Positions 38,840 to 48,334 of a DNA stretch of 64,000 bases are shown here, piece after piece. The notes under the pieces are model-generated. The model saw only the letters and a program-made list of their open reading frames with translations. It was not told the DNA's origin and searched no databases. Each line of letters opens with the position of its first letter. Within the stretch, counting starts at the first letter, position 1. Source of the DNA: Myxococcales bacterium. GTDB taxonomy: Bacteria; Myxococcota_A; Polyangia; Polyangiales; DASUME01. Location: NCBI GenBank assembly GCA_047601445.1, contig JASGJH010000001.1, forward strand, positions 3,488,001 to 3,552,000, in the 5' to 3' direction. The position numbers were made by a program, and so were the translations under genes.

Positions 38840-39691
38840 ATGCTCAAGGTCACCACCTGGAACGTCAATGGCATCCGCGCCCGCGAGGCCCAGGTCCTGC
38901 AGTGGGTCGAGCGCGAACGTCCGGACGTCCTGTGCCTGCAAGAGGTCAAGGCCTCGCGTGAACACGTGCCCGAGGCCCTCGGGGAGCTGCCGGGCTACTG
39001 GTGCTACTGGCATGGGCACAAGGGCTACTCGGGCGTGGCGCTCCATCTCTCGAAAGCAACGTTCTCGCCGCGCCCTACCTACGCCCATCCCGAGTTCGAT
39101 CACGAGACGCGCATCGTGACCGCCCAGGCTGGAAACCTGCTGTTCGCCTCCATCTACGTGCCCAACGGCGGCAAGGATCTGGGCGCCAAAGTGCGCTTCC
39201 TGGATGCGCTGGATGGGTTTGCCGAGCGCGCCCAGGCTGCCGGTGAGCAGATCATCCTGTGCGGTGATCTCAACGTGACTCTCGAGGCACGCGACGTGCA
39301 TCCGAGTCTGCGCAAGCCGAACCAAATCGGACAGACCCCCGAGGAGCGCGCGCAACTCCAGCGCCTGATCGGACGGGGTCTGGTCGACCTATCGCGGCAG
39401 TTCCACCCGGACGACGACGCCCTCTACACCTGGTGGGCGCCCTGGCGGAACCTACGTGAGAAGAACGTCGGCTGGCGGCTCGATTACGTGCTGTGCAGCG
39501 CGGCTCTCGCGGCCAAGGCCGTCAGCTGCACCAGCCATCGCGAGTTCGGAACCAGTGATCACGGCCCCGTGCAAGCGGTGTTCGATCTGCAGATCGAACG
39601 CGGCGCCGAGGCCGAAGACTTGGCAGAATCCAGTGTGGCGCCTACCGAGACAGGGAGCCCACACAAGCGTGGCCAGCTCTCACTGTTCTAA
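38840..39691 (+). CDS. xth: exodeoxyribonuclease III / AP endonuclease
   Basis: TWNVNGIRAR, LCLQEVK, GYSGVA, IYVPNG, GDLN, YTWW, GWRLDY, SDH. Confidence 0.93.
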   Translation: MLKVTTWNVNGIRAREAQVLQWVERERPDVLCLQEVKASREHVPEALGELPGYWCYWHGHKGYSGVALHLSKATFSPRPTYAHPEFDHETRIVTAQAGNLLFASIYVPNGGKDLGAKVRFLDALDGFAERAQAAGEQIILCGDLNVTLEARDVHPSLRKPNQIGQTPEERAQLQRLIGRGLVDLSRQFHPDDDALYTWWAPWRNLREKNVGWRLDYVLCSAALAAKAVSCTSHREFGTSDHGPVQAVFDLQIERGAEAEDLAESSVAPTETGSPHKRGQLSLF

Positions 39692-39749
39692 TGCAGCCTC
39701 GCTGCAAGCCCCAGAGGCGTAGCCTCGTTGCTATGCGACGGAGGACACG

Positions 39750-41441
39750 ATGGAAATGGTTCCATGGTGGAAGCGCACGACCGTCTACCAGATTTACCCG
39801 CGGTCCTTTGCCGACTCCAACGGTGACGGCATCGGTGACCTGGCAGGCATCATCGAGAAGCTCGACTATCTGCTGAGCCTGGGCGTCGAGACCATCTGGC
39901 TCTCGCCCTTCTACGACAGCCCGCAGGCCGACTTCGGCTACGACATCCGCGATTACTTCGACGTGGCGCCCGAGTACGGCACGCTCCAGGACGCGCGCCG
40001 CCTGATCGACGAGGTGCACACGCGCGGCATGAAGATCGTGTTCGACATGGTGCTCAACCACACCTCGGATCAGCACTCCTGGTTCGTGGAGTCCCGCAGC
40101 TCGCGCGACAACCCCAAGAGCGATTGGTACATCTGGCGCGACGGACGCGGCCCAGGCAAGCGCAAGCGGCCCAACAACTGGCAAGCCATCGTGGGCGGCA
40201 GCGGTTGGCGCTGGGACGAGACCCGCCAGCAGTTCTACTGGGCGAGCTTCTTGCCGTTTCAGCCCGACCTCAATTACCGAAACCCCGAGGTGAAGCAAGC
40301 CATGCTGGAGGTGGTGCGCCACTGGCTGCGGCAAGGCGTGGACGGCCTCAGGCTCGACATCTTCAACGCCATCTTCAAGGACGAGTCCTTCGCGAACAAT
40401 CCCTTCTCACTGCGGCCCATCCCCACCGAAGACAACCCGCACGGCTTCTTCCAGCACAACGTGCACACCATCGACCATCCCGACACCATCGCGTTCGCGC
40501 ACGAGCTGCGCAAGGTGGTGGACGAGTTCGGCGACCCACCGCGCTTCATGGTGGGCGAAGTGTTCGGCGATCCCGTCACCTTGCGGCGCTATTGCGGCGA
40601 CGAGGCCGACGGCCTGCATCTGGTGTTCTTGTTCAAGACCCTGCGCATGCGCTTCGCTGCCAGCGACGTACGCAAGCTGGTGAGCGAGATCGAGCACGCC
40701 TTCCCGGAGCCGTACACGCCGACCTACGTGTTCGGCAATCACGACCGACCGCGGCTCTCGCACCGCCTCGACAACCACCACTACAAGGCCAAGCTCTTCG
40801 CCACGCTGCAGCTCACCGTGCGCGGCGTGCCGTTCGTCTACTACGGCGAAGAGATCGGCATGGGCCACTACGAGATCCCGCTGGTCCACGGCCTCGATCC
40901 GATCGCCGTGCGACACCGCTGGCTGCCCCAGTGGCTGGCGCGCTATCTCACGCGCTTCGGCATGCTGCTCAACCGCGACGAGTGCCGAGCCCCCATGCAG
41001 TGGCACGGCGGGCCCCACGCGGGCTTCGCGCCCGAGAGCGCCACGCCCTGGCTCGCCCTGCACCCGGCCTCGAGCGAGATTAACGTGGATGCCCAGGAGC
41101 GCGATCCGGAGTCGATCCTGCACTGCTATCGCGGCCTGCTGAGCCTGCGTAAGCAGAGCCCCGCCTTGAGCGCGGGACGGCTCGAGTTGCTCGACGAAGG
41201 AGAACGTCCCGTCAAGCTGCCGCCGCACGTGGTGGCGTATCGGCGCGTGTTCGAGTACGACGGTGATCACGCCAAGCGCGACACGGCCACGGTGTTCCTG
41301 AACTTCGGCCGCCACCCGGTCGACGTGGACATGGCAGGCGACCGCGGCAAGCGCGTGTTCTCGAACCGGCGCGCGGACATCGCGCCCTTCGGCGGCGGCT
41401 ACACGCTGGCAGGCTACGAAGGTGTGGTGGTGCTGGCTTGA
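39750..41441 (+). CDS. GH13 alpha-glucosidase / oligo-1,6-glucosidase
   Basis: YQIYPRSFADSNGDGIGD, DMVLNHTSD, QPDLN, GVDGLRLD, VGE, NHD. Confidence 0.93.
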   Translation: MEMVPWWKRTTVYQIYPRSFADSNGDGIGDLAGIIEKLDYLLSLGVETIWLSPFYDSPQADFGYDIRDYFDVAPEYGTLQDARRLIDEVHTRGMKIVFDMVLNHTSDQHSWFVESRSSRDNPKSDWYIWRDGRGPGKRKRPNNWQAIVGGSGWRWDETRQQFYWASFLPFQPDLNYRNPEVKQAMLEVVRHWLRQGVDGLRLDIFNAIFKDESFANNPFSLRPIPTEDNPHGFFQHNVHTIDHPDTIAFAHELRKVVDEFGDPPRFMVGEVFGDPVTLRRYCGDEADGLHLVFLFKTLRMRFAASDVRKLVSEIEHAFPEPYTPTYVFGNHDRPRLSHRLDNHHYKAKLFATLQLTVRGVPFVYYGEEIGMGHYEIPLVHGLDPIAVRHRWLPQWLARYLTRFGMLLNRDECRAPMQWHGGPHAGFAPESATPWLALHPASSEINVDAQERDPESILHCYRGLLSLRKQSPALSAGRLELLDEGERPVKLPPHVVAYRRVFEYDGDHAKRDTATVFLNFGRHPVDVDMAGDRGKRVFSNRRADIAPFGGGYTLAGYEGVVVLA

Positions 41442-41487
41442 TGGGAGCGGGCCAGGCGCGCGCGACACGCGGGCTCGCTGACTTCAT

Positions 41488-42297
41488 TCAGCCGAGCAGG
41501 GCCCTGAGCGTGCGATCGAAGGACCAGTCCTCCATGGCGTGCATGCGGCGCTTCCAGTCGCTGTCGGCCTCGGGATGCAGGTCGAAGTACATGCCCCACC
41601 ACTCCTTGGAGCCGCCCGTGAGTGTGGGTTTGGAGCGCCACGGCTTCTGCACGGTGTAGTGGATGATCTTGGCGCGTCCCTCCACGTGGGCCGCGAGGCC
41701 GGGGTGGGCGCGCAAGAACTGGTAGATGAAGTGGTGCATGTTGTAGCCCGTGGGCAGCCGGTGCCCGACTGGCAGGTGGTACCAGTCGGGGAAGAACGAG
41801 TTCAAGAAACCCTGATCGCCGCCGTCGTAGCTGCCAGAGGTGAAGAGGCGCTCCATCATGCGCTCGAAGATCAGCTCGCTCGGGTCGACCACCATGACCC
41901 CGGAGTTGAAGTGGTCGGGCAACAGGAAGTCAGGCGCGGCCGCGGGCGAGGGACGGTCGAAGAGATCGTCGATGTTCTTGATCACGATGGTGTCCGCATC
42001 GAGCAGCACCACCTTACGGAACTCGGTCAGCGCGAACGCCCGCAGCTTGGTGAAGGTGTTGGCGAAGCGAGCGAACAGCTGTTGCCCGTGCACGGTGGGA
42101 TTCCGGATGGGATCGATGTCGCGGATCCACCAGCCCTGGGAGTGCAGGAGCTTGCGAGCCGAATCGGGGACGTCGGGGGTCACGAGCACGACCTTGGGTC
42201 GCGTGGTGCCGCTCAGATCGAGGGACTTCCCCAGGGCCTCCACGCCAGGCACGTATCCATCGCCGTTGCACAACGTCGTGACGTACGCGGTCTCCAT
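41488..42297 (-). CDS. glycosyltransferase family 8, glycogenin/IPUT1-like
   Basis: AYVT, FTKL, LLDADT (DxD), NIDDLF, FNSGV, GSYDGGDQGFLN, IIHY..KPW. Start ATG 42297. Confidence 0.9.
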   Translation of the reverse strand: METAYVTTLCNGDGYVPGVEALGKSLDLSGTTRPKVVLVTPDVPDSARKLLHSQGWWIRDIDPIRNPTVHGQQLFARFANTFTKLRAFALTEFRKVVLLDADTIVIKNIDDLFDRPSPAAAPDFLLPDHFNSGVMVVDPSELIFERMMERLFTSGSYDGGDQGFLNSFFPDWYHLPVGHRLPTGYNMHHFIYQFLRAHPGLAAHVEGRAKIIHYTVQKPWRSKPTLTGGSKEWWGMYFDLHPEADSDWKRRMHAMEDWSFDRTLRALLG

Positions 42298-42468
42298 CCT
42301 CGCCCCTCTTCGCTCGCGCCGCCCGAGGGCGCGCTTCGGCGTTTGCTCACGCGCGCTACGCGCGCTTCGTCCACTCCTTTGCACTGACACTCCAGAACTG
42401 GCAGTGCCACTGCGGACGACATGTGAACGGGCAGGCGGACTTTTTTCTTTGCAACCCGACGCGCGTGT

Positions 42469-43590
42469 CTACTTCAGCTGCGTGCGCCCGCAATCGAACG
42501 TGAGTTCGATGGGCGCGCCGTGGTCGATGACCTCGAAGTCCTCGACCTTCAACGCCGCGAGATCGCGGGGCTCGAGCAGCCCATCCCACTTGGCGGTGGT
42601 GTGGCGATCACTCTGTGCGGTCAGCGCGATTTGCCCCCCGTCGGCGTGGTACATACCGAAGCGCTGAAGCGCCCGTGCGACCGTGCGCGCGCCCTCGGAT
42701 GGGAGCTGTTCGAGCGGATAGTCGCGCCGCAGCCGCAGGTGCACGCCATAGTACGGCGAGCCCGCCCCGCCCGTGGTGCGCGTGCCGTGGGTGGCCGGTG
42801 GCACGAAGCCCTCGCGCACCCGGTCGTTGGGCAAGATGAAGCGAATCGCATGCTCGATCTTGCCTGCCTTGACCTCATCGGCCGTGAACAGGAGCGGCGA
42901 AATGGGAAAGCCCGCGGCGTCCGCGCTCGAGCACTGCAACCCGCGTCCAGCGTTGGTCACCGGTTTCGACGTGTCCCAACGCGCCTGACAGCCGGAGATG
43001 AAGTTGGTCCCCTGGATGTCTGCGCGCCACAGCTCGTAGAGCGCGTGCGTGTCGGGTTGGAATACGAGCAAGTGACAGTCGCCGTCGCTCATGCACACAT
43101 AGCCATCCTCGCCCTCGACGTTGCCGCTGGCCGGCACAGGCACGCTGTTGAGATCGCAGTCGGGCGTGTAGAACTCGTCGTCGTAGCCGTTGGCTTCGGT
43201 GCGCGGCGTGAACATCTTCTTGGGCGTGCTCTGATCGGCGCTCAGCACGTCGAGCGAGAAGTCGATCTGGAACACGTCTTTGTTGCCCCAGCCGCCGTGG
43301 GCGCGCAGGGCCTTGATGGTGGCGTCGGAGTTCTGGGCTTTGGGCGTGTCGTACACGTCCTGCACGAAGAAGGAGCCGCTCGGGAAGTAACGACTGGTCC
43401 CCATCGCGTGCGGGCCGCTGCCCGCGTCGTCCCCCGGCGTGGTCCCGGCGTCCGAGCCGGTCCCGTCGCCGTCGCCATCGCCTTCGTGCGTGCCATCGTC
43501 GCCCGCGTCTGTCCTCCCGTTGGACTCGGCTTTGTCGCCACAGGCGACTGTCAACAGCAGGGCAGACAAGAAAGGCAGTGTCCTCGACAT
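42469..43590 (-). CDS. hypothetical lipoprotein
   Basis: Lipobox TVAC; GDGDG linker; GDCHLLV, LYELW, SADAAGFPI, HAIRF; strong GC3 bias. Confidence 0.75.
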   Translation of the reverse strand: MSRTLPFLSALLLTVACGDKAESNGRTDAGDDGTHEGDGDGDGTGSDAGTTPGDDAGSGPHAMGTSRYFPSGSFFVQDVYDTPKAQNSDATIKALRAHGGWGNKDVFQIDFSLDVLSADQSTPKKMFTPRTEANGYDDEFYTPDCDLNSVPVPASGNVEGEDGYVCMSDGDCHLLVFQPDTHALYELWRADIQGTNFISGCQARWDTSKPVTNAGRGLQCSSADAAGFPISPLLFTADEVKAGKIEHAIRFILPNDRVREGFVPPATHGTRTTGGAGSPYYGVHLRLRRDYPLEQLPSEGARTVARALQRFGMYHADGGQIALTAQSDRHTTAKWDGLLEPRDLAALKVEDFEVIDHGAPIELTFDCGRTQLK

Positions 43591-43644
43591 GGCCGCGATT
43601 CTCACACGCTTGAACTCGAGAAGCGAGAGGCCACACTGCGCCCG

Positions 43645-44487
43645 ATGTCGTCCCTTCCCCCGCTGCTCGAACCCGCGTTTTGGGCCTGTATCGGCGCAAT
43701 TCTGCTCTGCTGGCTGTTGTCCGTGTGGACCCGTGAGTACTCCTGGGTCGACCGCCTGTGGTCCGTCATGCCACCCCTGTATGCGATCTGGTTCGCATGG
43801 GGCAGCGGGTTCGACGGGCGTACCGTGCTGATGGCCGGCCTGGCCACGCTGTGGGGCGCGCGCCTCACCTACAACTTTGCGCGCAAGGGCGGCTATCAAA
43901 AGGGCGGCGAGGACTATCGCTGGGTCGAACTGCGCAAGCGCATGAGTCCGCTGGCCTTCCAGGTGTTCAACTTCTTCTTCACCGCGTGCTTTCAGCTCCT
44001 GCTGGTGTTCGCCTTGAGCTGGCCGGCCGTCATCGCAGTCGCGCACCAGGACCAGCCGCTGGGCGCCGTCGATACGCTACTAGCATCCCTGTTCCTGGCC
44101 TGCCTGATCGGGGAGACCATCGCAGACCAACAGCAGTGGACCTTCCAGCGAGAGAAGCACGACAAGCAGGCGCGCGGTGAGCCGGTGACGCAGGGCTTCG
44201 TCACCGGCGGCCTGTTCGCCTACTCGCGACACCCGAACTTCTTCTTCGAGCAAGCCCAGTGGTGGATCTTCTATGCCATGGGAGCCTGGGCTGCGGGCGA
44301 CTGGCTCAACTACACCGTCGCGGGTCCCGCCGTGCTCACCGCGCTCTTCCACGGCTCCACCAATTTCACCGAAGAGCTCTCGCTGCGAAAATATCCGGAC
44401 TACGCCGGGTACCAAGCGCGCGTCTCGCGCCTCCTGCCCTGGTTTCCCAGGCCGCGCGCCGACGAGCACGGCGCGCTGGCGGAGTGA
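43645..44487 (+). CDS. DUF1295 / steroid 5-alpha-reductase-like membrane protein
   Basis: YSWVDRLWS, WGARLTYNF, EDYRW, ETIADQQQ, GLFAYSRHPNFF. Confidence 0.9.
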   Translation: MSSLPPLLEPAFWACIGAILLCWLLSVWTREYSWVDRLWSVMPPLYAIWFAWGSGFDGRTVLMAGLATLWGARLTYNFARKGGYQKGGEDYRWVELRKRMSPLAFQVFNFFFTACFQLLLVFALSWPAVIAVAHQDQPLGAVDTLLASLFLACLIGETIADQQQWTFQREKHDKQARGEPVTQGFVTGGLFAYSRHPNFFFEQAQWWIFYAMGAWAAGDWLNYTVAGPAVLTALFHGSTNFTEELSLRKYPDYAGYQARVSRLLPWFPRPRADEHGALAE

Positions 44488-44491
44488 GCTC

Positions 44492-45334
44492 TTACTTCTT
44501 GGCGATCTTGTCGAGGCCGGGGATGGCCTTCAGCCGCGGTTCGAGGATGATCTCGATGCGACGGTTCTTTTGCTTGCCCTGGTCGTTGCCGTTGCGGGCG
44601 ACCGGGTCGTACTCGCTGTAGCCCGCCGCCACCAGCTGCTCGGGCCGCAGCCCGCCCTTGACCAGGGCCTCGGTCACGTTGACCGCGCGCGTCGCCGACA
44701 GCTCCCAGTTGCTCTTGAAGCGGTCGCCGGTGACGGGAACGTTGTCGGTGTGACCTGCCACGATGAAGCGGCGGTCACGCATGCCGCGCAGGATCTTGGC
44801 CACCTCGACCAGGGACTCCTTGCCCTGATCGGTGAGGTCCGCGCTGCCCGAGGGGAACAGCACCTGGGCGGGCAGCTCCACGATCATGCGGCCGCGGCGG
44901 AAGGTCACCTGGAGCTTGCCGCTGTCGATCATGCGCTTGAGCTGCGCGGTCATGGCCTTGAACTCGGCCAGCTGCTCCTGGGCCGCTTCGCGCTCCTCGC
45001 TCAGCTCGTCGAGCTGCGTACGCAGGGCCGCGACCTCGGTATTCAGATCCGCAAGCTTGGTGTTCGCCAGCTCGAGCGCGCTGCCACGCTCATCGTTGTC
45101 CTTGGCCAATACCCGGAAGCGCTCCGAGCTGTCGTGCTCGGCCTTCTCGAGCGTGACCAGCTGGGCCTTGGTGGCGCGCAGCTCGTTGTCGGCGCGGTCA
45201 CGCTGTCCTTGCGCGTCGAAGGCCAAGTAGCCGAGCGCGCCCGCAGTCGCCACGAGCAGGGCCGTGAGCCCCATCATCGCGCGCGAGCTCTTGCGCTGCT
45301 CGGCGTATGGATTGTCTGGCACGGTCTCGGGCAT
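44492..45334 (-). CDS. MotB/OmpA-like peptidoglycan-binding protein (TM, coiled coil, OmpA-C domain)
   Basis: VLFPSGSA, GHTDNVP, SNWELSATRA, KNRRIEI; alternative start at 45358. Confidence 0.88.
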   Translation of the reverse strand: MPETVPDNPYAEQRKSSRAMMGLTALLVATAGALGYLAFDAQGQRDRADNELRATKAQLVTLEKAEHDSSERFRVLAKDNDERGSALELANTKLADLNTEVAALRTQLDELSEEREAAQEQLAEFKAMTAQLKRMIDSGKLQVTFRRGRMIVELPAQVLFPSGSADLTDQGKESLVEVAKILRGMRDRRFIVAGHTDNVPVTGDRFKSNWELSATRAVNVTEALVKGGLRPEQLVAAGYSEYDPVARNGNDQGKQKNRRIEIILEPRLKAIPGLDKIAKK

Positions 45335-45475
45335 GTCTTGTTGACCGGCAAAACTCATGCAACCCCCTGTTTCGTGGCAGTGCGCGCAAACTCACGCGCA
45401 AGAGGTGCATGCTAACGCCTGTCCCGAGCCGTCGGCATCCGTTCTTTCGCCCTACACGAACGCCGCGTGTGCTCC

Positions 45476-46263
45476 TCAATCGCCTTCGTTGCGCACGATG
45501 TCCACGGCTGTCGCGGGCGATACGCGCGCGCCAGGTTCCGGAGATTGTTGCAGGATCACGAGGGGGTCACGGTCTTCGTCGAAGCGCTCGCGCACCTTCC
45601 CCATGGCCAGGCCGGATTCCTCGAGCAGCTTCTTCGCCTTCGAAAACTTAACCCGACCAACTTGGGGACCTCCACGCCGCGCAGCTCCACGGTGAGCTCC
45701 ACGGTGCTCTCGGGTGAGACCGAGGCGCCCGGCGCGGGCTTGCTCGCGAGCACGATGCGATCGCCCGTATCGGGTCCGTTGACCGCACCGGCCTTGAGCC
45801 CTGCGGCCTCGAGCTCCTTGATGGCATCGGGCAGGAGTTTGCCGGTGAGCTCGGGAACCGCGACGTTGGCGGGTGGCCCGCTCGAGAGCGTCAACTCCAC
45901 GGCGCCGTCGCGCGGCATCAGCGAATCCGCCAGCGGGTTCTGCGCGATGACGATGCCCGCTGGCTGAGGGCTCTCACGCCGCTCGCGCACCACGGGCCTC
46001 AGCCCGCGCGCGCCAAGCAGCTCATTGGCGGTATCGGCCGGTAGGCCGAGGATGGTGGGCACTTTGACGTTCGCGGGTGCCTGAGCGAGCGCGGGCGCGG
46101 CCGATGCCGCGGGCGGCGGTGCGCTCTGCACGAGCCCCGGGATGTGGCCTGACTGGATGCCCCACAGGACACCAAAGACCACTGCGCTCGAGGTGAAGAA
46201 GGAGGTAACGATGACCCCGAACCAACCCGGTCCGCGGTAGAGACGAAACGGATCCTCATCCAT
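45476..46263 (-). CDS. membrane-anchored protein with three PASTA domains; one-base frameshift at 45643-45646
   Basis: VPTILG, VPELTG and VPKLVG repeats. Adding one T to a TTTT run restores SKAKKLLEESGL...ILQQSPEPG...NEGD-stop. Confidence 0.82.
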
Positions 46264-46315
46264 GACCAGCTTGAGTACGCCAATTACACCAGAAGCTCAA
46301 ACTTGTTTGCTTGCC

Positions 46316-46443
46316 GTCGGGGGGGTCACGCGACCTCCCCGACCGTCGCGGCAAAGCCGCGACGGGCCCACCCCTCCGCGAGGTTCGCTTCGCTCACGTG
46401 TGCACTCAGTAGGTCTCGGCGGAGGTCACGCGACCTCCCCGCC
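46316..46443 (+). repeat. composite hairpin repeat (REP/BIME-like): full unit plus a second copy of the first hairpin
   Basis: GTCGGGGGGGTC-ACGC-GACCTCCCCGAC; CGTCGCGGC-AAA-GCCGCGACG; CCGCGAGGTTCGCTTCGCTCACG; then GGCGGAGGTC-ACGC-GACCTCCCCGCC. Confidence 0.7.
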
Positions 46444-46587
46444 TATCACGCGAGCCGCCGGGCGGCGTTTCGGTCACTCTTCCTGACTTTGTCGCCAGCC
46501 TGCTTGGAGGTAGGCTCGGGCCAGCTCGCGGGGTCGAAGGAGGGGTGAAGTAACCCTCGGCAAGGCCACCGCGGACGAGGTAGTCGC

Positions 46588-48174
46588 ATGAAAAAGGGCT
46601 TGGTTCACAGCGTGATCGCGGGCAGTGCCGCGCTGGGCATCGCATGGGGTGTGGCGTCGGCGGAGCCCAAGGAGATGCCCAACGACATGACGGCCTCGCC
46701 TGCCTTTTGGCGCGGCTTTCGCCCCCTCGTCTACGCCTTCGGCGACGGCGACCCCGCACGGGCCGTGAGCTACCTGCGGGCCGGTACCAAGATCTTGCGC
46801 AGCGTGGACGCCAACCTCGACCGCGACGAGGCCACCAAGAAGTTCCAGGAAAAGGCCCAGGACTGCATGGAGGAGTTCGACCTGCGCTCCTTCTTCAAGC
46901 TGCTGCCCGAGCGTGATGGCGACTATCGATATTTCGCCTTCGCGGGCAAACCGGCCGAGAACGCCTATCGCGTGTGGGCCGCCAAAGGCAAAGACTTCGA
47001 GGTGAACGCCAAGAGCGCGCGGCGCGGCTTCGGCGAGGCCTCGGGCATGATGCGCATGCGCCAGCTCGAGAAAGACGACAGCGGACGCTACCTGGTGAAC
47101 TGGCGCCAAGGCGCGGGCTTCGGCGATGTCGCCTGGCTCTCCATCGTGGCGGGCCTGCGCGATGGCGTGTCTCTGTTCGACACTCCGTCGCAGGACGCCG
47201 AGACGCCGGTCATCCTGCAGGCCGCGGAGGTCTTCCTCAAGCGCACGCAGCCCGCGCTGGGGCCCGAGGACCGCGCGGTGCTCGCCACCCTGTGGGGCAG
47301 CTTTCCGGAGGGTGCCAAGCTGCTCGCCGATGTCGCCACGGGCGACGACGTGATCAAGGGGCGCGACGCGAACACGGGTATCACCCAGGTTCACTGGCAC
47401 TCGCGCTTCAACCTGGAGAAGCTCAAAGAGAACTATCCGCACCTGACTGACTACTTCAAAGACCTCGACAAGCTGGCGGCCATCAAGCTGCGCTTGCTCG
47501 ACGCAGCCGGTCACACGTTGTTCGACCTCAAGGCGGACACCGCGCGCATGCAGAGCGAGATCGACGCCTTCGTGAAGGGCGGCCGCATCGTGCCGAGCCA
47601 TCAGGGCACCCCGCTGCTCGACCAGACCGCGCGCTTCGAGAAAATGCGGGCCCACATCAACCTGCACTTCCAGGTGTTCCGCGTGCACATCTACGTCGAC
47701 GACATGCGCGTGGAGTTCAACTTCGACGAGCACGCGACGGGTGCGGCCCTCTCGGCGCGCATCAAGCAGACACCCAAGATTCGCGTCTCGGGCGCCGCCT
47801 TCGGCCTGTTCCCCACGGGCATGCTCGACTGGTTCATCCCGGGCGACATCGAGGGACTGGCGCGCAAGCTCATGGACGTGGCCACCAAGGGCAACGAGGG
47901 ACAGGGCATCGCCTTCGACTATCGCTTCGAGCGCTCGCCCAACGGACTTGCGACCCTGGACAGCAGCATCGGAGGCGAAGTCCTCGACAGCGCCTTGATT
48001 CGGTTCGCGATGGCCATCGCAGCCGAACGCGTGGTGCCCGACGAGAAGCAGCTCGACGACATCAAGCGCCTCGGCGTGGCCTACCGCGACGCCTTCGACG
48101 CCGACGTCGTGCGCTTCGGCAAACACGGCAAGTTGCCGACCTACCCTGCCCCGACTGCAGAGCCGGCACGTTGA
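46588..48174 (+). CDS. hypothetical secreted protein
   Basis: GAGG RBS; signal peptide ending ASA; 528 aa with strong GC3 bias; no family recognised. Confidence 0.78.
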   Translation: MKKGLVHSVIAGSAALGIAWGVASAEPKEMPNDMTASPAFWRGFRPLVYAFGDGDPARAVSYLRAGTKILRSVDANLDRDEATKKFQEKAQDCMEEFDLRSFFKLLPERDGDYRYFAFAGKPAENAYRVWAAKGKDFEVNAKSARRGFGEASGMMRMRQLEKDDSGRYLVNWRQGAGFGDVAWLSIVAGLRDGVSLFDTPSQDAETPVILQAAEVFLKRTQPALGPEDRAVLATLWGSFPEGAKLLADVATGDDVIKGRDANTGITQVHWHSRFNLEKLKENYPHLTDYFKDLDKLAAIKLRLLDAAGHTLFDLKADTARMQSEIDAFVKGGRIVPSHQGTPLLDQTARFEKMRAHINLHFQVFRVHIYVDDMRVEFNFDEHATGAALSARIKQTPKIRVSGAAFGLFPTGMLDWFIPGDIEGLARKLMDVATKGNEGQGIAFDYRFERSPNGLATLDSSIGGEVLDSALIRFAMAIAAERVVPDEKQLDDIKRLGVAYRDAFDADVVRFGKHGKLPTYPAPTAEPAR

Positions 48175-48190
48175 CCTCGACTTGGTCGGG

Positions 48191-48317
48191 GACGTGAACC
48201 TAACGTGAACCTTGACGGCGACGCGTACGTGAGCGTCAAGACGTTGTGTTCGTCAATCGCGAGAGCGGCCACGCACACCGTCGCCGTCGCCGTCAAAGTC
48301 CACGTAAAGTCCACGTC
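48191..48317. repeat. MITE-like element with 33-bp imperfect inverted arms
   Basis: 48191-48223 matches the reverse complement of 48285-48317 at 28 of 33 positions. Confidence 0.65.
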
Positions 48318-48334
48318 GACCACCCCCCTCAGGC

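Noticed and set aside
44492..45334. Flagellar motB
   Set aside because: No motA or flagellar genes nearby and no conserved TM Asp motif; called MotB/OmpA-like only.
46316..46443. CRISPR array or tRNA
   Set aside because: Only two near-identical short units, no regular spacers, no cas genes, and no cloverleaf or T-loop consensus.
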